A DNA stretch of 64,000 bases, taken from NCBI RefSeq assembly GCF_000143415.4, contig NW_003314261.1:124001-188000 (forward strand). Direction: 5' to 3'. A program made the translations under genes and the position numbers. A model generated the notes under the pieces. It searched no databases, was not told the origin of the DNA, and saw nothing but the letters and a program-made list of their open reading frames with translations. Positions 12,184 through 25,800 of this stretch are shown here, in pieces (within the stretch, counting starts at the first letter, position 1; every line of letters starts with the position of its first letter). Source of the stretch: Selaginella moellendorffii. Taxonomy: Eukaryota; Plantae; Lycopodiophyta.

Positions 12184-13947
12184 TGTAAGCGACTAATTTT
12201 TCCATTCTACTTTAGTCACTTAACCACACCTCCGACCACTTGGAGGAGTCTCATTCACAACCTCCATAAGTCCCATTCAGGACTTGGGGCTTGCTAGCCC
12301 CGAGAATGGCATCCATGCCACTCAACCTTTGCACTTGGTCCAAGTGCTCCACGTGTTCAATCCCATGACCGACACCCAAAGGTACTACTGACATCTCGGC
12401 CCGTTACGCTAAGGCCATGCCCATTCACCTTTGCTGCGCAAATGGTCCAATACCACTTGCATCACCATCCCGTCTCTCCAAGACTAGGCCATCTGTCTAC
12501 AAGGGGTCATCCTAGATCCACTCCTTAGCATCCTTAGGATGCCCACAGACCTGGGGAATCGCCTTCCCCAAAGTCCCTTTGTCAGTTCCTACCAAGTCCC
12601 TTTCTGCCCCTGGCCGTGTTTGCCAACACTGCCACTGGATCGAGGCCCACAGGCCCGACCACTAAGTCCCACGGTCCTCTGGGACTTCCTCACCACACGA
12701 CTGTGTCCTTGGTCACTACCCCAGAGGACTGCTCCTCTTCCTTTCCACAGTCTGGGCCTTTGGGACGACATTTCGGAACACCGTGGCCTTACGCGAGCCA
12801 CCTAGGTACTCTCCCCGCCTTTCGCCTTTAGGTGCTCTAGCCATGGGCTTAGAGCGAGGTTCCGTTGAGCCACGCCTGGTATCCAAGTAGGTAGTGCCAC
12901 CCACACTTGGACTGGGAGCATCGGCCAGTCGATCTCCCGGGGGAACTAGAGCCGGCTCTTGAACACTTCACCAAGCTACCCCGCTTGTCGGTCCGTATTC
13001 ACTCTAGTCTTGGACTTCCCAGTGGTCAGTTCCTCACCCAACACTGGGTCTGGCCTTCCTGGGCCAAACTGGCCTTTCCTGGCCAAACTGGCTCCACTGC
13101 AGTCCTCCCCCTTACTATACTTTTGGAGCTCACCAAACCCCCCAGGGTCTGGGAGACGAACGCTTTGGGCTTTCACCCTCTCAGGCTCCGGACTCGGACT
13201 CGGACTCGGACTCGGACTCGAACTCGGACTCGGACTCGGACTCGGACTCGGGCTCGGGCTCGGTCTCGGCCTTGGCCTCGGTCTTGGCCTTGGCCTCGGT
13301 CTCGGTCTCGGTCCCGATCTCGGTCTCGGTCTCGGTCTCGGTCCCGGTCTCGGTCCCGGTCTCGGTCTCGACTTCGGACTCCATCTCGGACTCCATCTCG
13401 GGTCCATCTCGGGTCCACCTCGGACTCCATCTCGGACTCCATCTCGGACTCCATCTCGGACTCCATCTCGGGTCCATCTCCGGTCCATCTCGGACTCCAT
13501 CTCGGGTCCATCTCGGACTCCATCTCGGGTCCATCTCGGACTCCATCTCGGACTCCATTTCGGGTCTATCTCGGGTCCACCTCGGACTCCATCTCGGACT
13601 CCACTTCGGACTCCAACTCGGGTCCATCTCGGACTCCACTTTGGACTCCACTTCGGACTCCAACTCGGGTCCATCTCGGACTCCACTTTGGACTCCAACT
13701 CGAGTCCATCTCGGACACTCCCACGTGTCATGTGTTGGTCCTTTTGGGTCCCTTTTTGGAGCCTCGCCTTTTGCTCGCTTCGTGCTCGTTCCTCGAGCAC
13801 TTCGTTGGGAGTTCCACTCCCGCTCTTGACTTTTCAAGTCGGAGCTTTTGGTCCAAACGTGTTACGCTCGTTTGGCTCTCGCTTCGGCCACTACCATGTG
13901 GCGCCCTTCTGTCTCCACTTTGGGGCCTAGGGATTTTGTGTCTCACA
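12184..13947 (-). mobile_element. Solo LTR (1764 bp) of the long-LTR minisatellite-bearing family
   Basis: TG...CA ends, TSD CATTG (12179-12183, 13948-13952). Reverse complement of the LTR at 58473-60172, which is followed by a PBS. Confidence 0.93.
13187..13715. repeat. LTR-internal micro/minisatellite (CTCGGA)n-(CTCGGT)n-(CTCGGACTCCAT)n
   Basis: Directly visible. Variants at ~23533-24000, ~50305-50600 and ~58670-59170. Confidence 0.95.
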
Positions 13948-14380
13948 CATTGTCACTTTAATGGGCAACAAGTGAGGATATCAGTGGTGGTGGTATCGTG
14001 GTGGAGACTCACTCTTACAGTGGTGCATTTTCATTACACCATCCTAAAAGAGTGGGCAAAACCGAGACAGCCCAAGGAGTGGAGGTCTAGATGGCTCCCA
14101 TGCTTCGGCAGAATGGTAAGTGGTGAGATTCACTAGCAGTGGCTCCCCCCGGACTTTGTTCTACATTCAGCTTATAGGGGAGACTTGGACATTGACACGA
14201 TTCAATTGAGATGACCACATCCACTTCTACTCTAAGACTAGGTCCAGCTGTGAGACAAAAGGATCACGTAGAGTAGCTCATTAAGAGGGTGGCACACCTA
14301 GTTTTTGTATTAGTCCCATTGGGAATATACATATATGTTTAGAAATCTCGCTGGATTGTAGCACCACAGGGTGTCTTTCA

Positions 14381-14453
14381 CCCTAAATGTGTGAAATCCT
14401 AAATGTGCCTACCCTTAAACCTAAAACTTAAAACCCTAAACCCTAAACCCTAA
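14381..14453. repeat. Short degenerate interstitial telomere-like tract (CCCTAAA)n
   Basis: ccctaaat...cccttaaacctaaaacttaaaaccctaaaccctaaacccta. Confidence 0.65.
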
Positions 14454-15405
14454 GGGGGTTTGGTGCATTCCAAAAGTATAGTAGGGGAGGACTCAAATAG
14501 AGCCAGTTTGGATAAGAAGGGCTAGTGTAACCAAGATAGGCTATACCCATATGGTGGGTGATGCTATAACCACTGAGGAGTCCAAGGCTAGAATGAACAT
14601 AAATAGACAAGTGGGGTAATTTATTGAAGTGTTTAAGAGCTAATTGTAGCTCCCCTAGGAGATCAAATGGTCGATGCTCTGAATCAAAGTATGGGTGGTA
14701 TTACTTGGGTACTTGGTATGGTTAATCGGAACCTCGCTCTTGTCTCATGGCTAGGGCACCCAAAAGCAGGTGGGGAGAGTACTCGAGAGGCTCACATAGG
14801 GCCACGGTGTTTCAACATGTTGTCCCAAAATCCCAGATTGTGAAAAGGAAGAGGAACAATGTTCTTATGTAGTGACCAAGGATACAGTCATGTGAGAAGG
14901 AAGTCCTAGAGGTTAGTAGGACATAGTGGTTGAGCCCTCAAGCTTTGACCCAGTGGCGATGTTAGTGAGCATAGTTGTGGATGGAGAGGGACTTGGTGGG
15001 GATTGAAGAAAAGACATTAGGGAATGGTGTTGTTTATGTCTCTACGTATTCTAAGGGTGTTAAGGTGTAATCAAGGGATGACCACTAATGGACGGGAGGC
15101 CATTTTTTGAGAAACAGGACTATGCTGCAGATGGTGTTAAACCATTGGTGTGACAGAGGTGAATAGACATAGCCTTAGCGTAATGAGTTGAAATGTTAAT
15201 AGTACCTTTAAGTGTTGGTCATAGGATTAAACATGTGGAGCACTTGGACTAAGTGCAAAGGCTAAGTGGCATAGATGCCATTTTTGAGGGCTAGCATGTC
15301 CTCAAGTCAGAAATAAAACTTAAAAAGGTCATGAGTTAGACTCCTTCAAGTGGTCAAAGATGTGGTTACGTGATTAAAGTAGAATGGAATATTTAGTCAC
15401 TTACA
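14453..15405 (+). mobile_element. Old, 5'-truncated LTR of the long-LTR family
   Basis: Diverged match to 59214-60172, ending TAGTCACTTACA. Not followed by a PBS. Confidence 0.85.
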
Positions 15406-16139
15406 TCAAACACAATTCTTGTTCTCGGTGGTAAAATCTGTGTCTAGGGGTGTTTTAGGAGTCAAATGAGTTCTCCTAAGCATGGGATTCACTACCATTC
15501 TGGCAAATTCCTTCATTTTTCTTACCTTTCTTTGGGTTTTGGAACTCATATTTGAATAATCTTGTTTTTGCACTCTATTTTCTTGTATTTTTGGCAAGTT
15601 GAGTAGATGGGCTAGTAGATCTTATCATTTTCCATCCTCTGACATCACAAATCTGCAACTTGGTATAGGAATCACAAGATGCAAGGAGATTTGAGACTCA
15701 TGTAAATAGGATTATCTTTGGTAGTGGTGTATGTTCTCTACAAGCTATAATTTTCTCTGATCTTTTTGGCATTTAGTAGATCTGTTTCCACAAAGCTCTT
15801 TCTTGCTTGAATTTGTTTATTCTCTTACAAGTTCTTAGTGTTTTTCAATTGTTGAGGGTTTGAATGGTTCTTTTTCTTTGTCTCATGGTTTCTATAAGCA
15901 TTTTCTTGGATCATTTTCCTCATTCCTATAAGGAGCCTAACAAGAGCTTTCTTTTAAGTTCTCATGAATTTTGGTGTTTTGTGTCAAGGAAGAGCTTTCT
16001 CGCCTCTTTTCTACTTATATTTTCTAAGATTCTTTTTGTCTGAGAGCTAGGGACAGCAGTTGCAGAGGCGCTAGCAAAAGCACCAACTTCCACCCAACAA
16101 ATCAAGTAGTTAGAAGCAATAAGGTTAGGGGCTTTCTAA

Positions 16140-16900
16140 ACAGTCCTATCTCACTCATTTTCACCACTTATAGCTTGATTTTTCCAATTTGAGTCCTCAT
16201 AGTCCTCAAATTGCCAACTTGAAAAGCCTATACAGATTTTTTATTAAATCTGTGCTTTCTTTGTTGCTGAATTGCTTCTATATGTTGAAGAGCTTAATGT
16301 TGATTCTTATCCATCCCCTCAAGTTGAATGAGCCTTAATTGCAAGTCTTCATTGTCACTTAGTCCATGCTTCAGCACTAGTTGTAGAGTTGGGATCTCCA
16401 ACTCAATTAGAAGTATAGCTTCTATTCCATAAACTAGCTAAAAAGGAGTGAAGTTTGATGTTATATTATACATGGTTTTGTAAGCTTATAATGTTGGCAG
16501 CAACCATTTGTCCCAATCTTTCTTCTTCTCAGTAGTCAATTTTCCTAGAATGTTGCACAATACACCATTTGTTCTCTCAACCAACCCATTAGCTTGTGGA
16601 TAATATAATGTTGATTGTTGATGTTTTATGGATAGCTTCCTTATTAGTATTTTAACAACCTCATTGTAAAAGTGTGAGCCTTGGTCAGTGACAATCTCTA
16701 ATATATGTGCATATATTTTGGACAAAATAGTTTACCATAACTTCCTTGGTATTGGTTTTAGTTACTACTATTTCAGCCCACTTAATAAAGTAGTTTGTTG
16801 CCACCAAGATAAATCTTTTCTAACTTGACGGCACCGGAATTGATCCTACAAAATTTATCCCCCATTTCTCAAATGGTCCTCTTGGTAAAATTGGATGAAG
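16140..16900 (-). mobile_element. Ty3/Gypsy integrase relic of a different family
   Basis: ORF 16486-16725 IVTDQGSHF...YYPQANGLVERTN...W is an rve core. Upstream on the minus strand reads GPFEKWGINFVG. Confidence 0.85.
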
Positions 16901-16904
16901 ACAT

Positions 16905-17330
16905 CTCACCTATGCATGGGTGAGAGCTTTGACATATGACTCTCTACATTGCTTTTTTCTTTTTACATGGCTTTTGAGATTGAGAAGAGCCTAAAACAGC
17001 TACTTTGGCTTAGGGTGTAAGGATACACAAGCTTTTCTTCTTCCAGTAAAGCGGCAATAAATCTATGCTCGATTAGATGATGCAATTCAAGTAGTACTAG
17101 AAAATTTATCAAGTGAAGGAGGCAATGAAGGAAGAGTATTTGGCTATCTCCACTTATGTGACTAAGCTCAAGTTGGGGATTTAGTGAAAGGTGGCCAAGC
17201 AATGCCATTCTAAGTGTAGCAATGTGTATGACCAAGATTGAGAAAGATTTAATATGAGAGCTAGTATTTCCAATGTGGTAGAGATGCTAGGGCCATTTCC
17301 TACTATAGCAGTGTACATCTTTTAGGCATA
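16905..17330 (+). mobile_element. Possible Ty1/Copia RT-proximal relic
   Basis: Heavily decayed residues resemble the EP..A..W.EAMKEE and AI..KWVY.TK region. Weak signal. Confidence 0.35.
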
Positions 17331-18107
17331 ACCATTTGCCCCTAGCCATCACTGGCACTAACTGCAAACTCTTCTATTCCTATTGTTGACTCAACTACAT
17401 TGGAGCTTCAACAATACAAGCCTTTGTTACTATAGCAACATCAAAACTTCATCCTTTAGCAATATTAGCAAGAGTAGCTTTTGGAGGAACTTTGCACTTT
17501 CAGGGTATAAGTGTCGTGAATGTGACTTTGGGTATCGAAAGTTACTTGTCGGCCAGTCCTTACGGACACTCTTTCCTTACTGCCACGATGGCAGGAGGTC
17601 GATATTGCTGGACCCGTTATCAGTTCCCACTTGAGCTAGTTGAGAAACTGGTCATTGACTGTGTACTTAAATCGGATAAACATAAGGTAGGAACCCTATG
17701 TGTTTCTTGCTGAGCATACTCGGCCTGGTTTGAGAAACTCCTGTCATTGGCTTGCACTTGCTAATATCAAGAACCCTCACGTATTGAGATTAGTCCCTCA
17801 ATATCCCTGGATGATAGCTTACCGTGTTTGCCAAAAACCCTCGCTATCATGCCTTTTGTGTTAGTCTCAATTCAGTCCCAAATGCTATTTATGGAAAGTG
17901 TCTAGATTTGCTCATTTGGCATATCTACGGAATATAGAGATTAGCTTGAACACAATGGTGTTCATCCCGTGTCCAAATTCGCATTTTAGCGCCATTCCAT
18001 ATTTAGTAAATTTTGAGCTTGTCCCAGAGATTAACTCTTGATACTAAGGGAGGATTGGGGTGAAAGCCCAAAGTGTGTGTTCCTCAGGGGGGGGGGGGGG
18101 GGAGGAT

Positions 18108-18640
18108 TGTGGGGGGTTCCAAATGTATAGTAGGGATAGTGGGTAGGTCGAGCATGGCCGACCAACCTTGCATGCCTATCTTTGTTCTACATCTGATTTG
18201 GGTTTAAGCCTAAGTTCCATTCTATGTTAGTTGGTGGAGTATCTATATCCTCGCGTTAGGCCACCGGTATGTTGAAATAGCGCCAGACTCCATTTGGCTC
18301 CATTTTGCATGCTGGTCCTGGCATTGGGATGCTGGATACTCTAGGACTGTTCCAAGTCACTCTGGGCTTCTGTTCCTTCGCTCCTTGGGTTGTATGCTCG
18401 GGAGTTGCTCCGTGGTCTGGTTCCATCATTCCTTCGCTCCATGTTTGGGAGTTTGGCACCGTTCCTTCGTTTAGTGGCCCAAGGCTCTGAAACTTGGGTT
18501 CCACACCGCTGTCCTTTGGACACGTGGCATGTAACACGTGGCATCTGTCACGTGGCACAAAAAGGGTTTAGGTTCCGCTTTGTGGTGTTATCCTATGGTA
18601 AATCACCATAGGATAAAGGGTAAAAACCATGTGTGCTACA
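18108..18640 (+). mobile_element. LTR of a third family, preceded by a PPT and followed by a PBS
   Basis: G-run/GGAGGAT purine tract, then TGTGGG...TGCTACA, then TTTGGTATCAGAG at 18641. Reverse-complement copy at 57967-58472. Confidence 0.8.
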
Positions 18641-21600
18641 TTTGGTATCAGAGGAGGAGTCTCGGCGAGTACTATCCAATGAGATTGGGCAACTAGTCTC
18701 GTTGCATACGCAGAGATGAAAACGATGATCCGAGTGGGTGCATGTTTTGGTGCAAAGGCTTCACAGTTGTTCCTTGGGTATTGTTTTTTGTTACCTTTTT
18801 GTACTATGATAATGTGAGCTTGCTCTTGGGCTCATAGGATGGATTTGAGATGCTCCATTTGCACGAGTTTGCGCTTGGGCTCGTGAGTGAGGCACATTAG
18901 CAACTCAAGTTTGCACTTTGAGTTGGTAGGATTAATATTAGCCTATTAGTGGTTCCATGAGTTGTTCCATGTACCATGGGTGGAAGTAAACCTTCCCTAG
19001 GTTTGCTATGAGTGGCAATATGCTGGTCTGTAGCTGTTTAGCACGACACTAGTGGGTTCTTCCTAGGCATGATTATAAGTGGATCAATCAAGACTATAGG
19101 GATTAGTCTATTGATTTAGGTAGTCATTGCCGTGCTCTCTCATAAACTTTTCTTGGATTGGACTGAAGGTAGTGTGAAAGCAAGCTTGAGGTTTAGTCAA
19201 AGATGAGACCCAAAAAAGAGTTGTCAGGGATGAAAGATCAAACACGTAAATCATTTTCTCTTCTTGGAGATATAATTTGTAACGAGGTATTAACTCATTA
19301 TTCATGTTCACAGTATGTAATCAAAGGTTTCTATCTTAATGCATGTTGTAAATGATGGTCTTACAAATGGTAAGTTGTGGGATAGATAGTAGTGAAGCGC
19401 TAAACCATTTTGTCTAAGCTTGCTATTGGAAGACTTGGGTTACAATGCTCAATTATTTTCCAGGGAACCTTGTTATTGCTCCTTGAGTAGCTTGGTGTTC
19501 AATTAGTGTTGAGTTTGGTTAGAAAGAGAGTGAAATGAGTTTATCCGTGTTGTGAACAAAAGTTAGTGGTGTTGGGTGTTATAAATTTCTATTGGTGGAG
19601 TGTGGCATTTATGTTGCATTTTGTCGAATCAAGTTGACACTTGATACTTACGTAAACCTTTATAGTAGTGACATGGGCGTTGCTCGTAGTGTTGCTCGAT
19701 TGATAATCAAATCATTGTGATACTTATATCATATCCATGTGATAATGAGCAATGTGTTTACGAAGTTGCTTGGTTAAACGATGATCAACCCTAAGTGGTT
19801 GATGGAGAAGCTAGTCTACTTACATGTAGTAGCATTGTAGTAGCTTTGACTGAGTTCTCGATGGTGGTCCATTATATTAAACTTAAGTTTGTGCCTTGTT
19901 TTCTGAAGAGTTTGCCCATAAGGTGTTGGAAAAGGGTTGTAGCATTCATTTGCTATAGCTCATCGGTTGATCTGTTAACACTTGGAGTAGATTGTTGGAT
20001 GGAGAAGGTGTGTAGTTGAGGCATTGACATTGCTAACACTTATGTTAGTGGAAGTGGCATTGTTATTTCAAGTGATGAGGAATTTTTTCTTAAAACTTGA
20101 TTTTCCATGTCATTTTTCTTGTTAGTGTTTTGGCTTCATATTGGATCTTGAAGGTGGTTGAAGAAAAGTGTTAGTGCAATGTGGATATCCGAAGATGTGG
20201 TCTTCATGATCAAGCCTTGGATGTTCATTTTGCATATTACGAATGTCGATGTTGGATATCGAAAATTTAGGCATAATGTTCAATACTTAAGCATACTATG
20301 GGTTTCGAGAAATTGTGTTGAGATGAATCTTTATGATGTTGTTAGTAGGAGGAAGTTGGTTAAGTCTTGAAGGTTTGCATTCCTAGACTGAGAGTCATTC
20401 TTTCTCTAGGATGGAAAATTTTCCACAAATTTTTTTAGGTTTTTCCGATGGCTGATCTATTGATCACTTTGCTCAAAAACCATTCCATTTTCGTAAGCCA
20501 GTACAAACTAGTGAAGGGGTTGGAGTTGACTTTGGTTAGCTTAAACCTTAGTAAGTAGTTTGTATGATGCGGCCCGAAAGGGATGCTGACTTTTGGGGCT
20601 AAGGCAATTGAGTTGAATAGAGTCTGGAGTTGGTGTAGAAAAGTAGCCACTGCACTTTTCTAAGAAGGGTGACCCTTGTGCCTTTTTGCTATAGCATTCT
20701 GCTTGGTGGCAGGTTGCATCTTTACATTTTGTTAAATTTTATGAGAGTAGTGAGCTCTCACTGATCTTGACTTAGTCTTGGTAGCCCTGCACCTTGGCTG
20801 AGGATGGTGATGTCCAACTTAGTTGTTTGAGGTTGAGATGTTAATACTCATATTATAGCTTTGTCTATGAAGAGGTTGTGTACTGATACAAGTCCATCTT
20901 ATAGTCTTCACTTTAGTTTCGACTAAGTGTTGATTACGCATAGTTAGCCTCTTCAAGGCATGCTCAGAGCTATTGGCTAAATGCATTAGTGAGCTTATCA
21001 CGGTTGAGTTAAATTCAAGTGGTCATTTAGTTTGTGCTTGTCTATGAACTTTTATCTTGTACCTAGGGTATCACATTCATGTTGGACAAGTATATGACTC
21101 GATGACATGAGTTGAGTGTTTGGGTCTTGTGAAGGCAAGTTGAAAGAGTAATTGTTAGTTGCTTGACAATTAATGATTGCTTGGAGACTTTATCGAAGAC
21201 TGTTTGACACTTGTTTTGCTCGATGATGATTTAGTGGTGATAGGCTTGCTTCAGTTGATGGTGTTGCAAAGGATCGTGTCATTAGACTTACATGAGTTTA
21301 CTATGTTGGAATATCGATTCCACCTCTGTTGATATCATTTGGTTACATTTAGTCCGTAGTGTTGGATTTTATTGAATCTTGGATGTGGTGATTCACTACT
21401 TGATTATGTGTTATCTGTAACTTATTATTGGAAGATTGGTCTTAGATACTAAGTAAAGTATCTTTGATCTTGGTTAGATTAGTTGCTAGCGAGTTTTGAG
21501 TGGTGATTCACTCGTGCTTTCTTCTAGCTTTGTTATGGTGTTGGTGGCACTGAAGTGATGCCTTGTTGTTGATAATATTAATATTGAGATTCGACTGAAA

Positions 21601-22800
21601 TGAGATGTCTTTCCTTAGGATTGATATTGAGTTTCATTAGTCTTAATAAAGATAGTGTTGATGATTCAGCTAAAGTTTTTGTGTTATTAGCATTCATGCA
21701 TTTGCTAGTTAGCAATTATGTTGACATTCAAATGAATTGAGTGGCAAGTTTGAGTTAGTTATGCTCTAGATGAGATTATTTAGTAGAGGTTTGAGCTTTG
21801 GCTTTTTCTTGAAAAGTGATTCAATCATGGACTATACTAGCCTTACATGTGAAAGAGTTAATGATTGATATTAAAGTGATTGAATCCTTATTAGATTTGA
21901 GTTAAGGATATATCGATCATTGATGATTCTTCTTGTGTTTATTATAAAGTGAGTTACGTCTTGCTATAGATAGATTCATGGAGGATCGTTTTATAAGCTT
22001 TGCATTATGAAGTTTAGCTTATGGATGTGTTAAGTAGGATGTTATGGATTGAGCCATGATTTCTTCTTTAGCATCGAAGTTAGTTTATGTGAAACTTGTG
22101 ATCATTATTAGGCAAGACTTAGCTATAGACTTCTTCGAACCTTTGGTTCCTTGAGTTTTTATGCTCATTGTTCCATTTGTTAAAAGTTGTTGGGGAAGGC
22201 ATTTTGGCTTGTTAGCTTCGATGTTGAAATTAGTATTTGTATCTAGCAATCATTAGTAATGATTGACTATCATCTAGGGTAGTTGATTATCCTTATCAAA
22301 AGTTTTACTTGATTATTGTTGGTAAGAATGATTTGCCATTCTTTAGGATGATAGATTCTTTATTTGACGATGATTATGCATTTTTTCATTGATGGGATGA
22401 TTGATGGTATTTCATGATTGTTAGTTGTTCTCTTTGATGGCTTATGGCTTCTCGCAATACCACATGTTCTTTGTGGTTTGTTTTGGATTGGTCTTTTGGG
22501 TTTGAGACATCAGTAGGATGTTGTTGACTTGAGTCAATATGAAGCAACTTGAGTTCCTTCGTATTGTTGACTGGGATCTATTTAGATTGGCTTGTGCAAT
22601 GGTTCGCATGACTAAGTGTTTGTTGGTCTTATCACATTCATTCTTGTCTGTTGATTGTTACTCGAGTTATTTTTGATAAATTAGGATGTTATTTCCTTCA
22701 GGTGATACATTCGTGAGTATTGTGCTTGTCGATTAATGATACTTTGTGTTTTTTGAGTTGTCTTTTGTGAGTTGTTTGGTATACTATTTCCAATCTTTAG
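18641..22800 (+). mobile_element. Highly degenerate internal region of the third LTR family
   Basis: Begins at the PBS. T/G-skewed and CpG-poor, with no recognisable ORF. Right boundary is where the long-LTR fragment starts. Confidence 0.45.
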
Positions 22801-22816
22801 TAGTTAAGCTTTATCA

Positions 22817-25800
22817 TTGAGTCTCTCCAAGACTGGGCCATCCGTCCACAAATGGTCATCCCAGATCCACTCCTTAGCATCCTTAGGATGCTTACAGACA
22901 TGGGGAATAGCCTTCCCCAACATCCTTTCGTCAGTTCTTGCCAAGTCCCTTTTCCGTCCATGGCCACGTTCACCAACATTGCCACTAGATCAAGGCCATA
23001 GCCCGGCCACTAAGTCCCATTGTCCTCTGGGACTTCCTCACCATGTGACTGTATCTATAGTCACTACACTAGAGGACTGCTCCTCCTCCTTACCCTCATT
23101 TGGGACTTTGGGACAACATTTCGGAACACCATGGCCCTACATGAGCCCCGTGGGTACTCTCCCCACCTTCTACCTTTAGGTGCTCTAGCCATGGGCTTAG
23201 AGCGAAGTTTCGTTGAGCCACGCCAGGTATCCAAGTAGGTAGTGCCACCCACACTTTGGACTGGGAGCATCAGCCAGTCGATCTTCTGGGGGAACTAGAG
23301 CTAGCTCTTGAAAACTTCACCAAGCTACCCCGCTTGTCGGTCCGTATTCACTCTAGTCTTGGACTTCCTAGTGGTCAGTTCATCACCCAACATTGGGTCT
23401 GGCCTTCCTGGGCCAAACTGGCCTTTCCTGGCCAAACTGGCTCCATTGCAGTCCTCCCCCTTACTATACTTTTGGAGCTCACCAAAACCCCCAGGGTCTA
23501 GGAGACAAACACTTTGGGCTTTCACCCTCTCAGACTCGAACTCGGACTCGGACTCGGACTCGGACTCAGACTCGGACTCGGGCTCGGTCTCGGGCTCGGC
23601 CTTGGTCTCGGTCTCGGTCCTGGTCCTGGTCTTGGTCTCGGTCCCGGTCCTGGTCTCGGTCCCGGTCCTGGTCTCGGTCCCGGTCTCAGTCTCGGTCTCC
23701 GTCCCGGTCTCGGTCTTGACCTCAGACTCCATCTCGGGTCCTTCTCGGACTCCATCTCGGGTTCCATCTCAGGTCCATCTCAGACTCCATCTTGGACTCT
23801 GTCTCGGTCCATCTCGGACTCCATCTCGGTCCATCTCGGACTCCATCTCAGACTTTGTCTCGGTCCATCTCAGATTTCATCTCGGACTCCATCTCGGTCC
23901 ATCTCGGACTCCATTTCGGGTCCATCTTGGACTCCATCTCGGGTCCTTCTCGAACTCCATCTTGGACTCCATCTCAGGTCCATCTCGGACTCCATCTTGG
24001 ACACTTCCACGTGTCATGCGTTGGTCCTTTTGGGTCCCTTTTTGGAGCCTCACTTATTGCTTGCTTCATGCTCGTTCCTTGAGCACTTTGTTGGGAGTTC
24101 CACTCCCACTCTCGACCTTTCAAGTTGAAGCCTTTTAGTCCAAATGTGTTACGCTCGTTTGGCTTTTGCTTCGGCCACTACCACATGGCACCCTTTCGGC
24201 TCCACTTTGGGGCTTAGGGATTTGCGTCTCACAACTCCACCACCCATAAACGAAGTTCGATGTCCTCATCAAATGGTAAACCCTTTTATAAAGTAACACC
24301 CGCAAGTATTACCATTTCCATCCTTGGCACTCAGCCAATATTTGTCTATGGTTTGACCCCAAAGGCTCATTTTGCCTTGTCCATCCTCTAAGGGGCATAG
24401 TCTCTCTAACATAGAGACTTATTTGGCCACCTAGGGTGGTTTGCTCCCTTTTATTGGTTCAGTTCTCGTTAAACCCGTTAGAGACACCTTCTCTAACTCA
24501 GTTCCACTATTTATTCTTGAGTAGTCCCAACTTCTATTGACATGACCAATTCACCTTGGAACTTTTAATTTTGACTTCTCGAAGTCAATTTCTTTGGTGT
24601 CTTCGACACCTTTCACTGCACATATTATGCAATTTCACTTCCCCCCACTTGAGGGCGCCATCATCCTCCTTTCTATTTTATGCCACTTTTGGCACCAAGT
24701 TCTAGCCATCGTAAGTTGTGCTAGAGCTATCCACGGCCTTATCCTTTAGCTACTTCGCCACTCCCTCCCTTAGAGCTTTCACCTTTGCCAACTTGGAGCA
24801 TTTGGGAATCCATCCTTGGAAGCACACTTCCTTTCTCACAATCCATTAGCATCCAACACATTAGTGTTCCATGCCTAACTTTGCCATTTGGATTCCTTCT
24901 AATGAACTCCATGGCCCACACTTGGCCACTAGTTTTTTGCTTTTATCCATTGATTGTTGCATTGAACAACATAGAATCACTACCTCCATTCTCGAGGTAT
25001 CCTTTTGGTTCCAATGCAAAGGCTCTACTTTGCTAAGTCCGGCAGGTGCTCACCCCTAGTAGGTCTCTTTAGCAATTTCTGCTATGGGCTTCGTCCACGG
25101 CCCAACTTTGCAACCTTCCCATGGGTCTCTCCCCGAGACTACTTTTTTGGACTTACTATACCATCGTATTGGCACAACTGATTTCCCTTTAGGTGTCCTT
25201 CCCACTTGGTCACCTCGACCAAGCCACACCATTATCAATAGTTCAAATCAACACTTTAAACTGGGAATCATATTTCTTAATCCAAACAAAGACCTTGTCT
25301 TTGTTTAGCCACAAGATCACCTAGTGATCTCATCTTGACCCCTTAACAGGTCTACTAATAGGAACTAAATCTTCCAGACCCTTTTAAACTGTTAACTATG
25401 ACCCTAGGGGCATCCCCCACACTTGGTGGTGTGCCCAAGCTAGCCCTTCTGGCCAAGGATCCATAGCAATTGAGACTGGGTGTCCCCATCTCATTCACCA
25501 CGTCTTTGGTGCCCTTTGCACCAAAGTGTTCAAGTTAAATATGCCAAGCTTTCACTCTAAGCAATTTAACCGTGCATCACGACTCCGAGGCATCCCTCAT
25601 TTGGCAGTGTGCCCAAATCAGTCTCCTCACTAAGAGTCCATGACCACCGAAATATGAGTGTTCTCATATTCCAAACCATCACCACGCCCTAGTGATTTGG
25701 GACTCAAACCCAAGCACTAGAGGGTTGGGACTTGAACCCAACCTCTGTATATGCATTTACGGATGGCATCACCCTAGATGCTTGGCGTAACTCCCCACGC

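Larger units (their letters stand above)
7086..14140 (+). mobile_element. LINE ORF2 3' fragment (7086-7294 joined to 13953-~14140), split by two LTR insertions
   Basis: 7086-7140 resembles the reverse complement of the LINE segment at ~50680-50740. Removing the insertions restores ...WEAWNHCHFNGQQVRISVVVVSWW..., a Trp-rich tail typical of L1 ORF2. Confidence 0.55.

Noticed and set aside
12907-14136. Long RS/RT/GL/SD-repeat ORFs, also at 23.3-24.1 kb and 58.4-59.4 kb
   Set aside because: Artifacts of a stop-free hexamer minisatellite inside LTRs. Open in nearly all frames on both strands.
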